Assembly (NCBI GenBank): GCA_029838215.1
Contig: JALGVI010000077.1
Coordinates: 1 to 20,118, forward strand
From: Candidatus Helarchaeota archaeon
GTDB taxonomy: Archaea > Asgardarchaeota > Lokiarchaeia > Helarchaeales > RDOG01
DNA: 20,118 bases
Direction: 5' to 3'
In this document: positions 16,343-20,118 of the stretch, in pieces
Numbering within the stretch: the stretch's first letter is position 1
Layout: every line of letters starts with the position of its first letter
Notes under the pieces: model-generated
Told to the model about the DNA's origin: nothing
Databases searched by the model: none
Seen by the model: only the letters and a program-made list of their open reading frames with translations
Position numbers and translations under genes: made by a program

Positions 16343-17878
16343 ATGAAAGGAAGGTGTTGTAACAAGATGGACATTTTGCTCATACATCCTCCACCAATGC
16401 TAGACCCAAAAAAGGCGAATTCCTCTTTCATGTCGTCTTTATTGATAGGATACGGAATGATGAGTGTTGGTGCTTATTTAAAAAAAGAAGGATACGACGT
16501 CGAATGCTGGAACATCCCTGCTTTTTATATGATGGGAATTTCGCTAAAGAACGTGCTGGACATGATTCAGGGACGTTCTCCAGATGTCATCGGCATTGAA
16601 TTAAACTGGCTCCATTTCTCGAGAGGTGCAATTGATATATGCCGGGAAATCAAAAAAATTCTACCCGAAGTTAAGATCTTTTTGGGAGGCGTTCATCAAA
16701 CTTTATTCATCACGCAAATCTTAAATCGAAATAAATTCATTGACGGAGCCTGCTTGGGAGAAGCCGAAAAAACCTTTCTATCCATCGTCCAAAGTGTCGA
16801 ACGCAAGAAGTCTTTAAGGGATATTAAGGGACTTTTAGTTCGTGAAGATCGGCGACTCTTCAATACCGGACCGCCTGAAATCGTGGAAAACATTGATGAT
16901 TTGCCTCCATACACGTTGCGGTTGGTAAAACCAACACCGAGAGCTCCTTTTGATATGGCTGCGATAAATACCTGCCGAGGTCCGTGTCATTTTTCCTGCA
17001 AACATTGCATTGGAAATAAAAAAACATATATTTCGAGTAATCTATCTCCCAGAAAGACTCTCTCAGCCCATTCGCCTGAATGGATTATTGCCCAGCTTGA
17101 ATACCTCTTGAGGGACGTTTCAAAGATAGCCATTCAAGACTACATCTATTGCAAGCCCAAGATCCTGTTACAATATGCCGTGGAGATTCAAAAACATCCC
17201 ATTCTTCGCGACAAAATTCAGCACTTCAATCTCGCCGTGCTTCCCGGCAGTCTTTCAAGGGGAACTTTGCGCGAGCTTTCACTTGCAGGTGTTGATTCAA
17301 TTGATTTTGGAATAGAAACGGGTTCGGATAAGTTGCTCGCAATATTAAATCGACCTTACACCAAGGAAGACGTTTTAAAGTCCATAACCGATTCCTGTGA
17401 GAACGGAATCCGTCCGTTGACATATTGGATGGTGGGACTTCCGAATGAAACGCCAGATGACTTGCAAGAAACAAAAAACTTTCTCTTGAAAACGATTGAA
17501 CGTGGTGGCATTCCCAGGTGGGTCACGCCACTCTGCATCTTTCCATCCCTGGAATTATACGAAAAAGCTTCGGAACATGGATTGATTCCTCGATTTCGCA
17601 CGTTTGAAGAATACATGATATTTTCAGAAACCACGTTCTCTTCAAGAGGAGCATACCAAGACACGATAACACACGAAATGAATGGTGTTTCAAAAGAAGA
17701 GATTATGGCAAGAGCCAACGACTTGAAATCATTCATCATTCAACAGTCAGATCTGATTCTGCAAGTCCAAGGTCAATATCAAGAAATTTATGGTAAGTTT
17801 CATCCACGACTAACAGCCAATCCTCTTGATATTTGGAATAAAAAAGTGCTCCGCTCGATAAAAGGAACTTTTTTCTGA
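16343..17878 (+). CDS. Cobalamin-binding radical SAM protein (class B-like), second member
   Basis: DILLIHPP, VIGIELNWL, IFLGGVH, CLGEAE, CHFSCKHC, FGIETGS, YWMVGLPNET, FPSLELY. Likely start is the ATG at 16367 behind GGAAGGTG. Confidence 0.9.
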   Translation: MKGRCCNKMDILLIHPPPMLDPKKANSSFMSSLLIGYGMMSVGAYLKKEGYDVECWNIPAFYMMGISLKNVLDMIQGRSPDVIGIELNWLHFSRGAIDICREIKKILPEVKIFLGGVHQTLFITQILNRNKFIDGACLGEAEKTFLSIVQSVERKKSLRDIKGLLVREDRRLFNTGPPEIVENIDDLPPYTLRLVKPTPRAPFDMAAINTCRGPCHFSCKHCIGNKKTYISSNLSPRKTLSAHSPEWIIAQLEYLLRDVSKIAIQDYIYCKPKILLQYAVEIQKHPILRDKIQHFNLAVLPGSLSRGTLRELSLAGVDSIDFGIETGSDKLLAILNRPYTKEDVLKSITDSCENGIRPLTYWMVGLPNETPDDLQETKNFLLKTIERGGIPRWVTPLCIFPSLELYEKASEHGLIPRFRTFEEYMIFSETTFSSRGAYQDTITHEMNGVSKEEIMARANDLKSFIIQQSDLILQVQGQYQEIYGKFHPRLTANPLDIWNKKVLRSIKGTFF

Positions 17879-17915
17879 AAAATCTGGAAAGAAAACTTAT
17901 TATCAGATTTTTTTT
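17878..17915 (+). terminator. Putative terminator of the radical SAM operon
   Basis: AAAAATCTG/CAGATTTTT inverted repeat running into a T8 tract (17908-17915). Confidence 0.5.
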
Positions 17916-17964
17916 ATCTCTAGCTGGTAAATTCATTTTTGCTCAAGATTAAGAATGGATTTCC

Positions 17965-19194
17965 ATGAAGGAAGTGATCTACGTGAGCCTTGATATCCAA
18001 CGCCTAAAAGATAAGTACGGAAACCTGACAAGAAGGTATGCGAAAGAAGAATATATCAATATCCAGCCCATACAACGCGGTGGTCTCTTGACACCCGAAG
18101 CAAAACGAGTGTTACTTGAATTTGGGGACGGATATTCCGTTTGTGATTATTGTACCAAAGGTAAATTAGTTAACATCAAAAAACCTCCAATCGTGGATTT
18201 TCTGGCTGACGTGGCTACTTTCATGGGAATGGATGTAGTGCGTCCCACGGCAGGATCTAGGATGGCACAATACGTCATTTTTAATGTAATGACCGAGAAA
18301 GGAGACACGGTGATTCTCGATAGTACTGCTCATTACACCACGTACTTGGCCATTGATGAAGCAAAGCTACACCACAAAGAAGTCCCTAACAACGGCTACC
18401 CTGAATTTAAAATAAATGAAGATGATTATGCCACGAAAATCGAAGAGGTCAAGAAAGAGACAGGAACCCTTCCAACATTAGTATTCGTGACGCATGTAGA
18501 TTATTCGTGTGGCAATATTGTTAACGTGAAAAAAATTAGCAAGATCTGTCAAGATTATGGGGTTCCCCTGGTATTAAATGGTGCTTACTCAGTTGGCATA
18601 ATGCCCGTCAATGGAAAGGAATTGGGTGTTGATTTCCTCACTGCAAGTGGGCATAAGAGCATGGCAGCTTCCGGACCAATCGGGCTGCTAGGAATGCAAG
18701 AAAAACATTCAGAGAAAATTCTCGAAGCCGCCTCGATCAAGGGTGAATGGTCAGGACGCCAATTCTTAAACAAAGAGTCTCATTTTTACGGTTGCCCACC
18801 CGTATACGGTCTTCCAATCATTACTTTAATGGCAAGCTTCCCACGAGTGGTAGAGCGCTCTCAACCGGAAGCATGGAAGGAAGAAGTGAAAAAAGTAAAA
18901 TACTTCGTTCAAGAGATCGAACGAATTGAAAGCGTGAAAGTCTTGGGAAAACGGCCAAAAGAACACCCATTAATTCAAATTGAAACACCGGCATTTTACG
19001 AAGTGTCGAAAACGCATAAAAGGAAAGGATACTTCCTCTCCGAGTCCTTGAGAAAGAAAAAAGTCGTTGGAGTATTCCCTGGATCTTCAAAACGATTCAA
19101 GATTAACATCCATGGCCTAAGTTGGGAAAAACTCAATGCCGTTATTTCTGCATTTCAGGAAATTGCACGAGAAAACAACATTCCCATTAATTAA
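17965..19194 (+). CDS. pscS: O-phospho-L-seryl-tRNA:Cys-tRNA synthase (SepCysS)
   Basis: INIQPIQRGGLLTPEA, FGDGYSVCDYC, AHYTT, HVDY..GN, PLP lysine in SGHKSMAASGPIG, and GCP. Likely GTG start at 17983 behind GGAAGTGA. Confidence 0.93.
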   Translation: MKEVIYVSLDIQRLKDKYGNLTRRYAKEEYINIQPIQRGGLLTPEAKRVLLEFGDGYSVCDYCTKGKLVNIKKPPIVDFLADVATFMGMDVVRPTAGSRMAQYVIFNVMTEKGDTVILDSTAHYTTYLAIDEAKLHHKEVPNNGYPEFKINEDDYATKIEEVKKETGTLPTLVFVTHVDYSCGNIVNVKKISKICQDYGVPLVLNGAYSVGIMPVNGKELGVDFLTASGHKSMAASGPIGLLGMQEKHSEKILEAASIKGEWSGRQFLNKESHFYGCPPVYGLPIITLMASFPRVVERSQPEAWKEEVKKVKYFVQEIERIESVKVLGKRPKEHPLIQIETPAFYEVSKTHKRKGYFLSESLRKKKVVGVFPGSSKRFKINIHGLSWEKLNAVISAFQEIARENNIPIN

Positions 19195-19984
19195 GGGCAT
19201 CCATTGAACCCGAACGAAATCCCGCCATATCTAACGTCACGATTTTATAACCCAATCGCTTCATGTGTTTCACGATTTCTTGGAATTTTTCAATCGATGA
19301 GACTTTTTCCATTTCATCAAGTGGAACTTCAATTCGTGCCATGAAGTCGTGCAATCTTACTCGAACCTGCTTGACGGAGTATTTTTCTTTCAAGAATTGT
19401 TCCGCTTTTTGAATGACTTCCAATTTCTTCAATGTAATCTCTTCATCATAAGGGATGCGGGACGCAAAACACGTGGAAGAAGGCAAGTCCCAACAGTTTA
19501 AATTCAAAGATCGCGCCAACTCTCTAATCTCATCCTTGTTAATCTTAGCCAAAACATACGGAGAAACAATGCCCGCTTCACGCAATGCCTGAAGACCTGG
19601 ACGATATTCTTTCAAATCATCCTGATTCGTACCTTCGATGATGATGTCAAGATCATTCCGACGAGCCAATTCCAATAATTTGGTTGCCAACGCCGACTTG
19701 CACAAGTAACAACGATTCTTGGGATTGTTCGAAAACCCCTCTATCTGAAACTGGTCCAGTTCAATGAGCTCCCACTCCACGTTCAAACGCGATGCGAGGT
19801 CTTTAGCCTTCTCAACTTCTTCTTGAGGTACCGTCGGCATCTTGAACGTGACGGCAATTATTCTTGAAGCAACTCGACTCGCTAAAACAAGTAAGGTGGA
19901 GCTATCAACACCACCAGAAAGAGCCAACAGAATTCGTTTTCCTCTTAGATGATCTTCAATGACTTTCAATTTTTCCTTTATCAT
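19187..19984 (-). CDS. larE: LarE-family ATP-dependent sulfur transferase (PP-loop, TIGR00268-like)
   Basis: LSGGVDS, RCYLCK, EGTNQDD..RPG, KDEIRELA, PSSTCFASRIPY, QVRVR.H, ARIEV, VTLD..GFRSGSM. Confidence 0.9.
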   Translation of the reverse strand: MIKEKLKVIEDHLRGKRILLALSGGVDSSTLLVLASRVASRIIAVTFKMPTVPQEEVEKAKDLASRLNVEWELIELDQFQIEGFSNNPKNRCYLCKSALATKLLELARRNDLDIIIEGTNQDDLKEYRPGLQALREAGIVSPYVLAKINKDEIRELARSLNLNCWDLPSSTCFASRIPYDEEITLKKLEVIQKAEQFLKEKYSVKQVRVRLHDFMARIEVPLDEMEKVSSIEKFQEIVKHMKRLGYKIVTLDMAGFRSGSMDALN

Positions 19985-20007
19985 TTTTTACTCAATACTT
20001 ATCGTGT

Positions 20008-20118
20008 TCATTTTTCAAGGAGTTCCATTGCCAGTTCTGCGGCTCTCTTACCACTAATCAACATTCCTCCAAAAATGGGACCCATTCTGGGAGAACCAAG
20101 CACGGCATTTGCCGCCAT
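20008..20118 (-). CDS. thi4: Thiazole synthase Thi4, C-terminal 36 aa (gene runs off the window edge; absent from the ORF track)
   Basis: My translation [36 protein letters not shown] contains the Thi4 signature [12 protein letters not shown]. Confidence 0.9.
   Translation of the reverse strand: MAANAVLGSPRMGPIFGGMLISGKRAAELAMELLEK

Noticed and set aside
14900-17878. Direct naming of the B12-radical SAM genes as grsA/grsB or gmm
   Set aside because: The domain architecture is shared by many unrelated class B enzymes; orthology cannot be established without alignment.
45-19090. Short antisense or alternate-frame ORFs in the track (e.g. 45-350, 2594-2962, 5173-5502, 11664-11999, 12573-12935, 13759-14007, 17356-17739, 18821-19090)
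   Set aside because: They lie largely or wholly within well-supported genes and have no recognisable motifs; treated as shadow ORFs.
1-20118. CRISPR array, IS element, integrase, rRNA or selenocysteine (TGA) read-through
   Set aside because: No spaced direct repeats, transposase motifs, terminal inverted repeats or rRNA-like sequence were seen. TGA stops fall at natural protein ends, and no convincing SECIS was found.

Overview
Gene-dense, AT-rich archaeal chromosomal segment. Archaeal origin rests on SepCysS, a tetraether synthase, single-domain ZPR1, an OB-fold SSB/RPA, Thi4 and TATA/GGTGA-type signals. An Asgard-like anaerobe is plausible but is only inference. Left part: apt-mtnP purine salvage, an RPA-like protein, a divergent ADP-ribosyltransferase(ART)/Tpt1-fold ORF facing away from a Sir2 deacylase, a crotonase, ZPR1 and a lipoate ligase. 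Middle: a GT-C membrane glycosyltransferase, an unusual protein with eight tandem Cys4 zinc-type repeats fused to a HIRAN domain, and a V4R-like protein. Right part: an MJ0619/Tes (GDGT-MAS) tetraether synthase with a flavoredoxin and a hypothetical gene, divergent from an operon of one unknown protein plus two cobalamin-binding radical SAM enzymes, then pscS, larE and the 3' end of thi4. The best candidate for an undescribed system is the Tes + two B12-radical-SAM cluster as a putative GDGT lipid-tailoring locus. No rRNA, tRNA, CRISPR array or mobile element could be supported. All family assignments come from motif recognition by eye, not database searches.
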